A stretch of DNA of 64,000 nucleotides. It comes from Methanolobus sp. (GTDB taxonomy: Archaea > Halobacteriota > Methanosarcinia > Methanosarcinales > Methanosarcinaceae). The notes under the pieces were generated by a model. The model was not told the origin of the DNA and made no database searches. It saw only the letters and a program-made list of their open reading frames with translations. This document shows, piece by piece, positions 18,119 through 27,423 of this stretch (its first letter is position 1; each line of letters starts with the position of its first letter). The stretch lies in the NCBI GenBank assembly GCA_034008115.1, contig JAVEPM010000003.1, forward strand, positions 3,210 to 67,209, read 5' to 3'. A program made the translations under genes and the position numbers.

Positions 18119-19315
18119 TTATTCAATCTCTGCAAGGGTCCTGAACACATGCGACTTAAAGTCCATCAGTGCTGCCATGAAGTTAACCCCTGCATCATAT
18201 GGACTCTCATGTATACTGAAATATGAATGTACATCCCCGTCTCCAAGCCATTTTGTACACATATAATAATAATGGTCTGATGTTAGCAGGTGCTTCCATA
18301 TTTTAAGTATTTCTGCATCCTCTGTTCTTTTGACGTATTTCTCAAGTAATTTCATTTCTTCAAAACAGCGTCTCTGCATGTCATTTCCAAGCCATGCACT
18401 TGTGTCTCGTTCCACATCTGCCCATGATATAGTGGAGAAATCACCTACATCAATTTCACCTACGGGTTTGTAGGCATCAATTGTCTGTGATGGTGTAAGG
18501 AAACGCATTCCTCTATCCCTTACCTCACCAGGCAGTGCTTTGAGAAAATCAAAAATTCCCGTATCCTTCCATTGATGCTCGCCGAATGTCTCGTAATCCA
18601 TGAATATATTCATGGTTTCCCCGCTTTTCTGGGATACCCATTCTGCCCATTTATCGGCAGTTAGTGGATAATCCTCCCACCATACGGATGAAAAACGATA
18701 TCCTATATCATCGCTTAATTTATAATTACGAAGCAGAACAGCTATTTCAGTATCTTTTGCTTTGTATACATGGTCAGGAGACCTGCCATCCAAAATACGC
18801 TCAATTCCTTCTGTCAGTATTGCGTGGTAACCCATTTCCTTCGCAAGATGAGCCACACTGTTATTGTAGAGCATCTCGGTATTTCTGAATATGCAGGGGG
18901 TGACACCAAGCAATTCAGACATGAGCTCACGGTGCTCCTTCACCTGATCGATGAATTCTCCCTTTGATTCAAAAAGTGATGCAAGAGAATGGTAACATGT
19001 CTCATCTAAAAATTCCACGCAACCAGTTTCTGCAAGATCACGGAAAGATTCGAGCACATCCTCCCCCCATTCCTGGCATTGTCCCAGCAGGGTGCCTGTA
19101 ACAGACATGCTAGCCCTGAAATAACCGTCAGTCTCATCCACAAGTTCAAGCAAAGTCCTGTTTGCAGGGAGATAACACTTGCCTGCAACCTTATGGAATA
19201 TCTCTTTGTTCACAGCTTTATCAAAATACCTGTCAAACCCCTGTTTACTATCAGGCCAGAACCATCTGAGCCTGTATGGTTGGTGAACTTCAAAAAAGGG
19301 ACAAATAGAATTCAT
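18119..19315 (-). CDS. GH57 alpha-amylase/branching-family enzyme
   Basis: EVHQP, ETCYHSL, FRNTEM (nucleophile), MDYETFGEH (acid/base), TSDHYYYM. Confidence 0.92.
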   Translation of the reverse strand: MNSICPFFEVHQPYRLRWFWPDSKQGFDRYFDKAVNKEIFHKVAGKCYLPANRTLLELVDETDGYFRASMSVTGTLLGQCQEWGEDVLESFRDLAETGCVEFLDETCYHSLASLFESKGEFIDQVKEHRELMSELLGVTPCIFRNTEMLYNNSVAHLAKEMGYHAILTEGIERILDGRSPDHVYKAKDTEIAVLLRNYKLSDDIGYRFSSVWWEDYPLTADKWAEWVSQKSGETMNIFMDYETFGEHQWKDTGIFDFLKALPGEVRDRGMRFLTPSQTIDAYKPVGEIDVGDFSTISWADVERDTSAWLGNDMQRRCFEEMKLLEKYVKRTEDAEILKIWKHLLTSDHYYYMCTKWLGDGDVHSYFSIHESPYDAGVNFMAALMDFKSHVFRTLAEIE

Positions 19316-20442
19316 ATTCCAGCCTCCAGTACTGCACGTTCGATATCCGAAAGTATCGATAGATCGTTAACTGCTTTTTCATATCCAAGGCGTCTTTCTT
19401 CCAAGTTCATCTCCAGGAATATCTCACTTTGTTGAAGATAGCGGAATATCCTGAGAAGCTCTTTTTTCGTATCCGGATCCTTCACATTTTTGAGCTGTTC
19501 ACCTATGTCTACGAGCTCATGCATGAAAAGGTGTTGCGCATGGTTTCCCAGAAGATTATGCATGCCATAGCGTGCTGTAGTCTTTGAGTCGAGGGATGGC
19601 AGTTCGGTCTTTTTGAACATATCCACAGCCTCTTCAGGTAAAAGCATCTCTATCCCATGTTTTTTAAGGCTTAAGGGGATATCCTTCAGGAAACTAAGTA
19701 TTTCATTATTATTCTTCAGATGAGCGTTGATGGCATCATATTTTATATACAGGGTTAGCACGTCACCATCCATTTTTGCTATCCATGATGCGAATTTGTC
19801 AGCTATCAATGGATATCCGGGCCACGATATATCAGAGAATTTCATTTCCAGGTCTTCACTTAGTTTTATGTGTCGCAGTAGTGTAGGCACATGATTCTTG
19901 TAAACATGCATGGGGTCGTATCCGTTCATGATGTTATGGGAACCTTCTGATATTAAGCATTTGAATCCCATTTCTTTGAGGATTTTTGTTGCTCTTCGTT
20001 CAAAAAGAAGTTCTGTGTTCACAAATATCTTAGATTCCCTGCCAAAATATTCCTTAATCATTTTTATGTCCATCTCGACCTGTTCCCTGAACTCATTCAT
20101 ATCAGGGAACATTGAACTTACTGAGTGATAATACGGTGAAGCGGCAAAAGATACCTTTTCCGGGTCCAGCTTCCTGAAACTATCAATTACTTCAGGTGCC
20201 CATTTACACTGTTCAAGGAAGACACCGGACACATCAAAGGTATATTTTCCTCCATTTTTCATGGATTCTGACAGGGCATTGTTAAGTATTTCCACATTAT
20301 CTGCAAGCTTTGTAAAATTATGGAATGCCTTTTCCATATCAAAGTATTTCTCAATATGAGCTTCACCATATCCTTCCCGTGGCCAGTACCAACGAAGAAG
20401 CAAGGGCTGATGTACCTCAAAACAAATGCATACGGCTTTCAT
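19312..20442 (-). CDS. GH57-family paralog, probably catalytically inactive
   Basis: EVHQP and FVNTEL are retained, but MDYETFGEH has become IKYDAINAH and TSDHYYYM has become QSEIFLEM. Confidence 0.8.
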   Translation of the reverse strand: MKAVCICFEVHQPLLLRWYWPREGYGEAHIEKYFDMEKAFHNFTKLADNVEILNNALSESMKNGGKYTFDVSGVFLEQCKWAPEVIDSFRKLDPEKVSFAASPYYHSVSSMFPDMNEFREQVEMDIKMIKEYFGRESKIFVNTELLFERRATKILKEMGFKCLISEGSHNIMNGYDPMHVYKNHVPTLLRHIKLSEDLEMKFSDISWPGYPLIADKFASWIAKMDGDVLTLYIKYDAINAHLKNNNEILSFLKDIPLSLKKHGIEMLLPEEAVDMFKKTELPSLDSKTTARYGMHNLLGNHAQHLFMHELVDIGEQLKNVKDPDTKKELLRIFRYLQQSEIFLEMNLEERRLGYEKAVNDLSILSDIERAVLEAGI

Positions 20443-21326
20443 GTTTCATCCATTCCCGGGTTAATATAATTCCCCATTTCATTTTCCACGTAGTTCGTGT
20501 CGATATTTCTTGTATTAAGATCGCTGGCAAACCAGACAGTTCTCTGTGGGAAGGCTATCTCTATGCCATTCTCCTCAAGTGTCTTTTTGATTATCCAGAG
20601 CATTTTTGTTCTCAAACCATACCATTCTGTTACAGGAGCCCATATTCTTACTGATATATTGACTGCATTATCTCCAAGATTATCTACAAATACACTTGGA
20701 GAAGGATGAGCCAGCGCGTATGGCTCCAGATCTATAAGATCCTCGATTATCTTTATGGCTTCATCGGCATCGTCGTTATAGCGAATACCTACCACGTATT
20801 CGAACCTTCTCGCAAGATTTGTCACATAGTTTGTGATGCTGGTGGTAAAAACAGTCTCATTAGGCAGTCTTACATAGAGCCCATCATATGTGCGGATTAT
20901 AGTTGATACTATTTTTATATCTTCTACATATCCTAGCTTGTTATCTATATTAACCTGATCTCCTATTTTTATAGGACGTTCGATCATCAAAAAAACACCG
21001 GATATAAAATTACCCATTATGCTCTGACTGGCAAAACCGACGACTATACCCACAACACCACCAGCAACAAGCAAGTTAGAAGTCCTAATTCCAAGCACAG
21101 GAAATATGAATCCTATTATTGCAATAATTATTATTCCATAGTAGACGACCCTGAGCAGAATGTCGAGGTGCTCTTTGTCTATCTTGGTATTAAGCGCCCT
21201 TTTCAGGTATAATGCTATACCTTTTCCAATCACAATGGCAAAAAAAAGTATGACTATAACTGTGATAACCTGCAGGAAAGGATCAAATACCTGTGGGATA
21301 TACTGCGAAATTGTGCTGTTGTTCAT
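20439..21326 (-). CDS. Small-conductance mechanosensitive channel (MscS family)
   Basis: GFASQSIMGNFISG, ERPIKIGD, IEIAFPQR. Confidence 0.92.
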   Translation of the reverse strand: MNNSTISQYIPQVFDPFLQVITVIVILFFAIVIGKGIALYLKRALNTKIDKEHLDILLRVVYYGIIIIAIIGFIFPVLGIRTSNLLVAGGVVGIVVGFASQSIMGNFISGVFLMIERPIKIGDQVNIDNKLGYVEDIKIVSTIIRTYDGLYVRLPNETVFTTSITNYVTNLARRFEYVVGIRYNDDADEAIKIIEDLIDLEPYALAHPSPSVFVDNLGDNAVNISVRIWAPVTEWYGLRTKMLWIIKKTLEENGIEIAFPQRTVWFASDLNTRNIDTNYVENEMGNYINPGMDET

Positions 21327-22039
21327 AAACCAAACTCCATTATTCCTTTAGTCCCACTAATTATGAGCTTGCGTGAAGTATAGAGCTCCATTGACCTTCT
21401 GAATCTTGAAGTGGTTGGATTTGTACTGAAATCCGTTTCAGCCAGAAGCTTATTTATAATCCTCATGGAAGCATTCATAACAATCCTCTTATTCCCATGG
21501 TAGATTTTCATCCCATAGGCATTGAATACAACCTTTGTTACTTCCATCAGATGATTGGAATCATTGATTATCTCAAGTTCTATGTAGCCTTCCTTGAGTA
21601 TATTTGTTTTTGGGATATCGGTGAATATATCACTTTCCCAGTACCTGCAGATAAGGCCACGGTCGTGGCTTCCGTAAAGTGTGAATTTGACCCTGGAAAA
21701 CGTAAAAATATCAATAACTTCATGATTTCCCGCCTTATCTGAAACAAATACTCCTATTTCCACAGGGAAACTTAGGTATATTTTTTTTCTGTCACCAGGA
21801 CGTATCAAAACAGGATGCTTGAAATCTATAAGCAGGAATGATGTATTATGTTTTTTTGGTAAGTTTACAGGTTCAATGGGATTTATGAGAATGTTACCGT
21901 CATTATTAAGCAACACTAGTTCTGTTTCCTCCTCCCCTTCGGACATACGTCTATAGATCAGGTTGCCTCCTTGTTTTTCAACTGTAATTACAGTATCTTC
22001 AAGTTCTACAGTAAATGGTGGATTATATATATTGAACAT
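21323..22039 (-). CDS. DUF432 domain protein
   Basis: INPIEPVNLP, FPVEIGVF, KFTLYG...GLICRYWES. Confidence 0.8.
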   Translation of the reverse strand: MFNIYNPPFTVELEDTVITVEKQGGNLIYRRMSEGEEETELVLLNNDGNILINPIEPVNLPKKHNTSFLLIDFKHPVLIRPGDRKKIYLSFPVEIGVFVSDKAGNHEVIDIFTFSRVKFTLYGSHDRGLICRYWESDIFTDIPKTNILKEGYIELEIINDSNHLMEVTKVVFNAYGMKIYHGNKRIVMNASMRIINKLLAETDFSTNPTTSRFRRSMELYTSRKLIISGTKGIMEFGL

Positions 22040-22063
22040 TGTTTATCGATATCCGTTTTCTTT

Positions 22064-23137
22064 TTAAAGCCAGTTTTTTCTACGGAAGTATGCGTACATA
22101 AATAAGAATATCAATATGTTGATAAACCATACGGCAGGATATCCCCATTGCCAATCAAGCTCAGGCATATTGGTAAAATTCATTCCGTACATTCCGGCAA
22201 TGAAGGTGAGAGGTATGAATATAGTTGCTATGATGGTTAGCATTTTCATAACTTCGTTCATCTTGTTGCTTACACTTGAAAGATATACATCCAGTATCCC
22301 GGTGAGTATGTCCCGGTATGTTTCAATGGCATCCACAACCTGTATAGTATGGTCGTAGACATCTTTAAGGAATACAAATGTTGAGTCTTTTATCAGGTTT
22401 GATTCCGTCCTTTCCAGTCTGTTGATCACATCCCTAAGTGGCCATACAGATTTGCGCAGGTAGATCATTTCCTTTTTCAGGTCATGGATATTTTGGAGGA
22501 TTTCAGGGGATGGGTCTTCTATAAGTTTGTCTTCCAGGTCCTCGATCGCTTCTCCAAACCTTTCGATGATCAGAAAATAATTATCGACTATGGAATCAAG
22601 GAGTGCATATGCAAGATAATCAGAGCCAACATTGCGTATCCTTCCTTTAGAATTTCTGAGGCGCTCCCTGACAAAATCAAAAGTATCACCTTCAACCTCC
22701 TGAAAAGAGAGAACAAAATCTGGCCCAAGTATTATACTGACCTGTTCTGCCTTCACATCAGTACCATCATTTTCAAACCAGAGCATTTTTAGGACTACAT
22801 ATATGTAAGAATCGTAATCCACCATTTTTGGTCTCTGATTGGTGTGAACGATATCCTCCATGACAAGTGGATGAATTCCAAAATGTTTGCCCATCTTTTC
22901 AATAATGTCCACCTGATGAATGCCATCGACGTTTATCCACGAAACGGTTGGAGAATCCTTGAATGGAAAACATTCCTCTACATTTTCAACTACTTTTTCC
23001 TGGTAATTGTTTCTGTCATAGTCTATTATGGTTATCTTTGGTTTCTCGGTTCTCTCCTCTCCAACATGCACCAAAGATCCGGGAGCCAGTCCAATTTTCT
23101 TTGAAACCCTGCTTTTAAATTTTGTGATACTGACCAC
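22064..23137 (-). CDS. corA: Magnesium/cobalt transporter CorA
   Basis: GLAPGSLVHVGE, HPLVMEDI, PLTFIAGMYGMNF signature. Confidence 0.95.
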   Translation of the reverse strand: MVSITKFKSRVSKKIGLAPGSLVHVGEERTEKPKITIIDYDRNNYQEKVVENVEECFPFKDSPTVSWINVDGIHQVDIIEKMGKHFGIHPLVMEDIVHTNQRPKMVDYDSYIYVVLKMLWFENDGTDVKAEQVSIILGPDFVLSFQEVEGDTFDFVRERLRNSKGRIRNVGSDYLAYALLDSIVDNYFLIIERFGEAIEDLEDKLIEDPSPEILQNIHDLKKEMIYLRKSVWPLRDVINRLERTESNLIKDSTFVFLKDVYDHTIQVVDAIETYRDILTGILDVYLSSVSNKMNEVMKMLTIIATIFIPLTFIAGMYGMNFTNMPELDWQWGYPAVWFINILIFLFMYAYFRRKNWL

Positions 23138-23193
23138 CCAACATGTCCTTTAGTTATTTGAAATGTTATAGAAACTTAAAATTTGAGGTGTGC

Positions 23194-24360
23194 TTATTGA
23201 AGCATATTCCTGTAGACCTTCGCGGTCATTTCAGCTATATTGTTCCAGTTATATCTGGTACATATCAACTTCTTGCCTTCTTTTCCAAGCTGGTCATCAA
23301 CATAATTGTCAAACACATGCCTGATTCCCCACGCGATCGAATCGGGTGTCTGGTACACTATAACTCCATCCTTAAAGTTATCTATAAGCGATATCGCATT
23401 TGTTGCAACGAGATTCTTACTTACATCCCATGCTTCAAGCAGGACTATACCAAATGGCTCATTGCGGCTTGGAACACAGATGAGGTTGCAGGCATTCATC
23501 CATTTTTTCTTAACGGATTCATCTACATAACCCAGAAAGTGACAACTATCCTGAATGTTAAGTTCATATGCTATCCCTTCACACACTGGCCTCATTTCTC
23601 CTTCACCTATAAAGACAAACTTTACATTCCACCTGCTTGAAAGTATCTCGGGAATAGCCCGGGTTAAAAGATCTGGTCCTTTCTGGTAATTCATCCTTCC
23701 TACGAAAAGGACAACAGGAGCGTACGGATGTATCCCATATTCTGATTTGACCTGTCCAGGGTCCACATCCATTTGCATCTTATTTTCGTGTATTCCATTA
23801 GGTACAATGGATATCTTTTCATCAGGTATCTTGTAAAGGTGCTGTACCTCGTTTTTAAAAATACTGGATGTGGCTATTACACGGGATGATTCATATCCTC
23901 CTCTCCATTCAAGGTGGCTGATCTCCATAGCTTCCCACCAGTTGCCATGCTGATTCCCATTCCTTCCCCATTCTGTGCTGTGATAGGTGATTACAAAAGG
24001 AATGTTATGTTCCTCTTTCAATCTGCATACCAGATTCACAGGGTGCCAGTCATGCACGTGTGTCAGGTCAAAATCACCAAAAGTCTTAGAGGCTTCGATA
24101 AAAGCCGTATGCATGGCATCACACATGCTGTCCATCTGTTGTGTTATCCCACCGTCAAGAGAGTGGTACACGCGGTGATAATGCACATCATTGATAATCT
24201 CATAGGGGAGCATGTCATTGTTTCGGGTGAATATATGAATATCATGTCCCATCGATGCCAAAGCTTCTGATAGCTCGGTCACATGAGGGGCCAGCCCTCC
24301 AACTTTTATAGCATTAAGGCTCTCCCATGAGAACATGGCTATCCGTAATTGTTTTTTCAT
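23194..24360 (-). CDS. Glycosyltransferase family 4 (paralog of 12064-13230)
   Basis: MFSWESLNAIKVGGLAPHV, HVHDWH, PSRNEPFGIVLLEAW. Confidence 0.9.
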   Translation of the reverse strand: MKKQLRIAMFSWESLNAIKVGGLAPHVTELSEALASMGHDIHIFTRNNDMLPYEIINDVHYHRVYHSLDGGITQQMDSMCDAMHTAFIEASKTFGDFDLTHVHDWHPVNLVCRLKEEHNIPFVITYHSTEWGRNGNQHGNWWEAMEISHLEWRGGYESSRVIATSSIFKNEVQHLYKIPDEKISIVPNGIHENKMQMDVDPGQVKSEYGIHPYAPVVLFVGRMNYQKGPDLLTRAIPEILSSRWNVKFVFIGEGEMRPVCEGIAYELNIQDSCHFLGYVDESVKKKWMNACNLICVPSRNEPFGIVLLEAWDVSKNLVATNAISLIDNFKDGVIVYQTPDSIAWGIRHVFDNYVDDQLGKEGKKLICTRYNWNNIAEMTAKVYRNMLQ

Positions 24361-24385
24361 TTGATCACTTTTTATAACACATTTA

Positions 24386-25363
24386 CTATGCTTTCTCCAG
24401 CAGGTGTTTAACAGCTATTTCCGGGGGCATCGAATTTATGTATATTTCTGTGTTTTTCTCAAAGCCAGCTGCTATTGATGTCATCGGTGCTATACGAATG
24501 TTAAGATGGTAACTCAGGTCATGTTCTATCTGGAAGAACATGTAATTATATGCCAGTTCAGGTATTGTCCTGTCCAGTAATGAAACTGCTGTCCTTATGC
24601 AGTCTCCAAGACTCATGAGCATTCCATCATTTAAGGCTGATATATGATTCACATGTTTTTTGGGGAGTATCCACGTTTCATAGGGAACCCTGGAAAAATA
24701 TGGTGCTATCAGAATGAAATCAGCATTCTCATATACCTTTCTTTCTTTTTCACTTTCCTTTTCAACTATCTTACAATAAGGACATTTTTCCAGTTCTTCC
24801 ATTACCTTTCTTTCTTTTGTGATGTTGGGGGGCATTATGGGGACCGCTATTAGTTGTGTGTGACTATGTTCCAGAGATGCACCTGCTTTTTTTCCCCAGT
24901 TCTTGAATAACGAAACATATTTAATCCCTTCCTGTGATTGATAGTGCATCACTCTATCCCTGTACACCTTCATCAGAAGAAGCATCTCTTTGTCTGAAAA
25001 CAAATGCATTCTGCTTTCATGAAGCGGATTCTCGATAATTACTTCATGGAATCCATATCCTTTTTTGACTTCAAATGATGAATTGTCGACTTCAGGGGCA
25101 TCAGGAGATAGTGCAGGATAGAGGTTAGGAATACATCTTACGTCCCAGTCTGTAATGCGTTGTTCATCCGTATCTTTGAGTACTTCGCCATTTTTGTACA
25201 CAGCATTTGCAGGCGGGGTCTCAGCCTCATGACCGTTACAAAAAACACAGCTATCAGATCTTACATCCTCCCCACAGGCTTTTGGTGCTGATGGTCTTTT
25301 ACTTCTCCCGGTTGCTATTATGCAATACTTTTCAAGGAAATAATGTTTGCGTATCTCAGACAT
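24386..25363 (-). CDS. galT: Galactose-1-phosphate uridylyltransferase family (GalT)
   Basis: R..RP, CVFC, PNLYPAL, GFHEVIIE, GASLEHSHTQ (HxHxQ), CPYC. Confidence 0.88.
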   Translation of the reverse strand: MSEIRKHYFLEKYCIIATGRSKRPSAPKACGEDVRSDSCVFCNGHEAETPPANAVYKNGEVLKDTDEQRITDWDVRCIPNLYPALSPDAPEVDNSSFEVKKGYGFHEVIIENPLHESRMHLFSDKEMLLLMKVYRDRVMHYQSQEGIKYVSLFKNWGKKAGASLEHSHTQLIAVPIMPPNITKERKVMEELEKCPYCKIVEKESEKERKVYENADFILIAPYFSRVPYETWILPKKHVNHISALNDGMLMSLGDCIRTAVSLLDRTIPELAYNYMFFQIEHDLSYHLNIRIAPMTSIAAGFEKNTEIYINSMPPEIAVKHLLEKA

Positions 25364-25364
25364 T

Positions 25365-27164
25365 TTATTTCATCCTCGTACCCGTGAGAAGCTCATAATA
25401 TGTTTTGATGGGTTCTTCCCAGTTCATGTCCTTTGCAAGGAGATTTGCTTCCTGACAAAGAAGATTATATTTCACCTTATCATCTGTATATGTGTCAATG
25501 AAGTAGTGCATGAAAAGGGCGTAATCTGAAATTGATTCCAGATATGGAAGATTGATATTGTCCACAACGGCCACACCTCCCATTCCCATTACCAGTCTTT
25601 TCAGGGTATTGAGTGCATCACTGAATCCGCATATTTTACTGACAATGCTTGGAGTTGCTTCTTTTCCTGCTTCAAGTCCTGTAAGCAGGAATGGCTCATA
25701 CTTTGAAGGGAATATTCCAGCGATGCATCCTGCCATGAACTCTTCCGGACTCATGTTCAGTCCACCATCATTGTCGGATATCCACTGTGGGTACAATGCT
25801 GCAGTAACATGCCTGCTGCCATCAGGTATTTTAGAACATTCCAGTCCTCTGGCCGTGATCATCTGCTGGAGACGGATTTCTTCTCCAACCAGTACTTCTT
25901 CAGGAAGGTTTATGGGGAAGTTCTCAGGAAGATTTGTCTTAGGTCCATGGGCAGCAACAATGAAACAGACTACACGATAGTTCTCATCAAGATAGCCGGC
26001 CTCTATCTCAGCTTTAACCATCCTGTCAAGTATTACAAGGGAATCGAGCAGATCAGGGTATCCTTTATTCTCAATTTCGATGCGGGATATTGAAAAGATC
26101 GGAATTATCCTGTCAGCTGGTATCATCTTACTGTCATATACATTGTATATCTTTTCAGAAAGGAATTCCTGTATTTTTTTCCTGCAGGCTATCTTTTTAT
26201 CCCAGTCTATCCCATCATTGTCGCTGTCTATTCCATTGCGGACAACTATTGAATCTATGCCATAAAAGAGTTTTATTTCCTTACGCGTCGAATCTCCAAC
26301 TGCAGTTACAACGTCGGAGTATGCGGACAGGGATTCGAGCTTTGTGAAATTGATCGGAACTCCGCTATCCCATGAGCTGTCATTCTCTCTTATCTTCTGA
26401 ATTGAACGATGTCCCGCGGACCTGCCTGGAAGTGTTGCATGGTATGTTGCAACGGTATTGATACCTATTCCCAGTTTCTTAAGGCGGGCAAGAGCGTAGA
26501 ATACGCCAAATTCGTGACAATGAAGTGAAACATGGACTGCAGGCATGAGGGATGCTGCAAATTCAGATATGGCTTTATCCTTAAAGTCTTCAGAGCTTTT
26601 TTCCCGGAGTGTTACAAGTGTTTTTACAAATTCAGAAATAGAATAGGAAAGATTTAGATAATGAGTATACTCCATGCCATTTTCCATGTCCTCATATGCC
26701 ATGGAATCCAGATTAATAAAGTCATAAGCTTCTGATTTGATCATATTGGCCAGGCACATCTCCTGTCCTTTGTATTCTGTGCTGACCCTGCAAAAATCAT
26801 TTGTCCTGAACATAAGATAAATTATTTTGACACCATTTACCTGCTGCGTTCCGGTAATAACATCGATACCTTTCTTTTTTATCTCTTCGATGGTTTCAAA
26901 TATCTCGCCTTCATCTTCCATCTCTTCAAAACCACTCATATCGGTGATTCTATTCAGCCCTTTATTCCAGTCAGAACCACTGTGACCATAGTAAGGACCA
27001 GCAACAATTATACTGGGTGCTGTTTTTTCATCGATGATACCTTCGCCTATCAGATTGGCAAGGTTCTTTGCTTCGGCATCAATAACATTCCATATGCCCC
27101 CCATCTTATTGGACTTCGGTCCGGCCTCTTCACCAGCTATTATTATGCATTTTCTTTCCAGCAT
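25365..27164 (-). CDS. GT3-family glycogen synthase-like glycosyltransferase
   Basis: NKMGGIWNVI (KVGG-like), HCHEF, TYHATLPGR, ENKGYPD, GIFPSKYEPF...SKICGF. Confidence 0.8.
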   Translation of the reverse strand: MLERKCIIIAGEEAGPKSNKMGGIWNVIDAEAKNLANLIGEGIIDEKTAPSIIVAGPYYGHSGSDWNKGLNRITDMSGFEEMEDEGEIFETIEEIKKKGIDVITGTQQVNGVKIIYLMFRTNDFCRVSTEYKGQEMCLANMIKSEAYDFINLDSMAYEDMENGMEYTHYLNLSYSISEFVKTLVTLREKSSEDFKDKAISEFAASLMPAVHVSLHCHEFGVFYALARLKKLGIGINTVATYHATLPGRSAGHRSIQKIRENDSSWDSGVPINFTKLESLSAYSDVVTAVGDSTRKEIKLFYGIDSIVVRNGIDSDNDGIDWDKKIACRKKIQEFLSEKIYNVYDSKMIPADRIIPIFSISRIEIENKGYPDLLDSLVILDRMVKAEIEAGYLDENYRVVCFIVAAHGPKTNLPENFPINLPEEVLVGEEIRLQQMITARGLECSKIPDGSRHVTAALYPQWISDNDGGLNMSPEEFMAGCIAGIFPSKYEPFLLTGLEAGKEATPSIVSKICGFSDALNTLKRLVMGMGGVAVVDNINLPYLESISDYALFMHYFIDTYTDDKVKYNLLCQEANLLAKDMNWEEPIKTYYELLTGTRMK

Positions 27165-27239
27165 ATTTCTTTTCTCCCTTAAATGTCTCCTTCTTAAATA
27201 GAGCCACTGATTATATATGAAAATATCTGAGAAAAGTTC

Positions 27240-27281
27240 CTGAATATGATATTATATATGATACTGAATATGATATTATAT
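27240..27281. promoter_or_regulatory. 18-bp direct repeat in the divergent promoter region upstream of the glycogen cluster
   Basis: ctgaatatgatattatat at 27240-27257 and 27264-27281 (24-bp period). The repeat is seen directly; the regulatory role is inferred. Confidence 0.45.
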
Positions 27282-27423
27282 GTCATTTGGATCTGAATAC
27301 CACATATCACAGAACATTGCACTTAACAATAAAAATGAAACAATGTTTTTTCAGAAAAGTTTTACTACTTCCATATCCATATACAGGACCTGAGGTTTGA
27401 AACACCACCTTAGCGGAATAATA

